DNA from: Octopus bimaculoides
Lineage: Eukaryota
DNA: 52,885 nt
Direction of reading: 5' to 3'
Assembly (NCBI RefSeq): GCF_001194135.2
Contig: NC_069001.1
Span: 9,163,055 to 9,215,939, forward strand
Each line of letters begins with the position of its first letter. Position 1 is the stretch's first letter. Positions 35,740 through 52,885 of the stretch are shown here, piece after piece. Below the pieces are notes generated by a model. It was not told where the DNA came from, made no database searches, and saw nothing but the letters and a program-made list of their open reading frames with translations. The position numbers and the translations under genes were made by a program.

Positions 35740-35902
35740 AATTTTTTTCTCCGTGTTTTTCTCCTTGTCTCCGTATTCTTTCTGTTGAAGAGCGTAGCTC
35801 GAAACGTTAAAGACTTTCCGTATTCCCGAGCGTCATACTAATACATCCTTTTGTTGTTTACACCACCTGTCCTCGTCTGTTGTTTTTTTTCGTACATTCT
35901 CC

Positions 35903-35905
<3 letters not shown>
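35740..35905 (+). mobile_element. Penelope-type terminal repeat fragment
   Basis: Homologous to 1995-2175; ends in TTCTCCC then (TA)n. Confidence 0.5.
35777..35813 (+). ncRNA. Variant hammerhead-like motif (CUGUUGA core) in a Penelope-type terminus
   Basis: TCTTT-CTGTTGA-A-GAGC(gta)GCTC-GAAA-CG-TT-AAAGA. Confidence 0.4.
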
Positions 35906-35944
<39 letters not shown>

Positions 35945-37485
35945 GCGGCGTACGTACACTTTGGTCTCTTATATGTACGTATATATTTATCTAAATCTTG
36001 TACGACTCTATTCTTTCTTTTATTCTATCTTTCTTTCTATCAGCCCTTTCGCACCACACGCAGGTTGATACATTATAACTGTTTTCTTCACGTTGCTGGT
36101 CAAACCAAAATCATCACAAGAGATTACAGACTTGTCTCAGAATGACTGAAGTAAAAACCTGGTTATATTAAAAACATTCTCTGTTGTTTGATATTTTATG
36201 TTAATACCCACTCCTCTTGTTGAAAAGCGTGTGACATCACAACAGCAAAATATATTGCAAAGAGGGTGGGTGCATCAAGTACAATACACAGAGCGCATTT
36301 CTGCTTCTTTTTCTTCTCTTTAGGAGGGGATATCAAAGAGAGGTAAGTCTGAGATTATAGAAAGCCTAAGCTTTATAATCAGGCAGTAAACAAGAAAACT
36401 GATTTGCACTCGTACACCGTCAGGTTTGGTAAAATACCAAAGTATTAAAGAGAAGGATTGATGGAAAACAAATTTCTTGATCAGTTCAAACATATTTGGG
36501 AGACATTTTAAATGCTACAGGCATTTTCACACCAGTTTAACATTGAGGAAAATATTCGCGATTATAGCTTTGAGCTAATCGTTAGTGAGGACTTTTCTTC
36601 ACGGTAGCCTAAAGTTTGCATGCGTGCGTGCATATGTGTATGCATATGTGTGTCTGTCTGTCTGTCTGTGTATGTGTTTATGTGTATGTGTGCGTGTGTG
36701 TGTGTGTGCGCGCATGCATAACAGGAAATTTATTTTCATTTGTATTCATTATCATAGATGCACTGGGCTATGAAATATCAGATTTCATAAAAAGGCTAGA
36801 CATGCCGGAGTCCTCCAAGAACTGATTGAAGTGATCCAAATACCGTCGATTGGTGAACCCTGAAAATTTGTACCAAATAGCAGGAACTCTGTATCTAAGG
36901 TCCTCGGCTTAAAACATGCCTACAATCACACGTACTTATAGATTATAGAATATAGAATATACTCAGACACAGAATCAGCAACCAATTCACAAAGCCCTGT
37001 AAGATGTCTTGACTTAAATGAGCTTTGCTGATTTGTTTGGGGAACTCTAAATTTTTTAAGATGGGCAAACCTAAATAAATTCCAAAGATGTGTGTGCGTA
37101 TGTGTGTGTATGTTTTTGTGTATCCGTCTGTATGTCTGTGTGTGTATGCGTGCGTTAGTATATAAATTCATCATACGCTCCTTCCCCACCAGCTGGGGCT
37201 AAACCTCTTTCATAAACTATACGTCAACACGAGAATAATTTAGAAAATATTTATTTAAATTGCTGTAAAGTGGGATCAAATCCCTCAAATGTATTGACAT
37301 ATGGAAGACGAAAGGCAACGTTGATCAGTATGAGATTTCAATTGGAACATATAATATAAAATAAAGACATTGACGTTCTAATCGGTTCTATTGATTGTGC
37401 TTTATTTTGCTCTTATAAAGTATTACAATAAGGAGACTATTTGAAGATGATTAAAAATGCATACGAAAATATATATTAATAACAT

Positions 37486-37491
37486 TTTATT
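37486..37491 (-). terminator. Candidate polyadenylation signal, paralog C
   Basis: AATAAA on minus at the position homologous to B. Confidence 0.4.
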
Positions 37492-38041
37492 GCCATTTTT
37501 TCATACAATTTAATTGAATTACAAAGTACAAGGTTGTTCAAAGAATAACAAATAACGGTCCCTAATTCAGGAAAAAGCTTAATATTTTCACAAGATATTG
37601 TTGCTTATTTTTCTCGATTAATTTTGTGTGTGTTGCATAAATTCTGTGTTTTTATACTGTGAAATACTATTAAGTGCAAAACATTTGGAAGCAAAACACA
37701 CTTTACATTGATGATATATTATTTAGGTAACAATCTTTATTGAAATTACGATAACAAAAGGTATCAAGCTGAAGCGTTTGTTAATATTTGATAATTTTTT
37801 AAACAATATTGTAAAATATATTGGATTTGACAAATGAATTTACTCTTATTTTCTGTAATTATCTGAAATATTTGTGAATCATGAAAAAATATTAAAGCAG
37901 AAACTGTGAAGCGTTCAGAAGTTTACTTTAGAATTAGTATTTCAAGTGAAATTATTATTTTAATGGGAAAAGAAGAGATTTTCTGTAAGTCGGTGCTAAC
38001 TGCAACAAAACCGGAGTTTTTCTGCTGAGACATGACGTACT

Positions 38042-52393
<14,352 letters not shown>

Positions 52394-52551
52394 TTTTGTT
52401 GTTATTATTCAAAGACTTTGTGTTGAAGAAAAGGTGTGGGAATGTAATAAGGAAGAATCCACTGCTTGGAGCACGAACTGTGCACAGAAAAAGTTTCAGC
52501 AGAACAATTTACGACCTGCAGCTAAATGATCAAGTCTAAGGCGGTGTCCGT

Positions 52552-52560
52552 TTTTATATA
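52552..52560 (-). promoter_or_regulatory. Candidate TATA box, paralog C
   Basis: TATATAAAA on minus, about 160 bp upstream of the ATG. Confidence 0.55.
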
Positions 52561-52837
52561 CATCAAGGAAGTGTAGTAGTGAGAGTACGGGAATGTTTGA
52601 TGGAATGAATGATTGAGAAAGAGGGGTGGGGAAAAGAAAGAGGGAGATGAAAGAGAAGTAAAAGTGAAAATGGAGTAATAGTGTGAGATCTATTGTTTGG
52701 GGTAGAAACTAAAAAAAATTTTTCTTTTTTTCTGATTTCAAAGATATGTTTTAAGTTTCATATTACGGTATGTTTATGTGCATTAGCATGCATAAGTAAA
52801 TATAAGTATATGTGTGTGTATCTATTTATCTATGTAT

Positions 52838-52885
<48 letters not shown>

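Overview
AT-rich, microsatellite- and SINE-dense animal genomic DNA. An octopod cephalopod origin is inferred from recognising the tRNA-derived SINE landscape; it was not verified by search. The window holds a head-to-tail tandem array of three paralogous protostome-type cytoplasmic intermediate filament (IF) genes, all on the minus strand, with ATGs at 15578, 33758 and 52393 (about 18 kb period). I rebuilt them exon by exon from GT-AG sites and reading phase. Paralogs B (530 aa) and C (558 aa) are complete, with 11 exons and an open frame. Paralog A has exons 1-7 in the window and probably continues past the left edge. The rod exons (187, 96, 165, variable, 221 bp) follow the type III/Helix IF intron pattern, including the 42-residue coil-1b extension. 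B and C have a lamin-tail domain but no post-rod NLS or CaaX box. The paralogs are unusually divergent: LNxK replaces LNDR, exon 5 is length-variable and rich in Pro/Gly/Ser, paralog B has lost the YRKLLEGEE motif, and B uses a newly created exon-7 splice donor. The introns carry a conserved GATA-site cluster, tRNA-derived SINEs with target-site duplications, decayed Tc1/mariner elements, MITEs, a 146-bp solo LTR, an R4/Dong-like LINE fragment, a long fold-back, and three Penelope-type termini with minimal hammerhead-ribozyme architecture. There are two assembly gaps.
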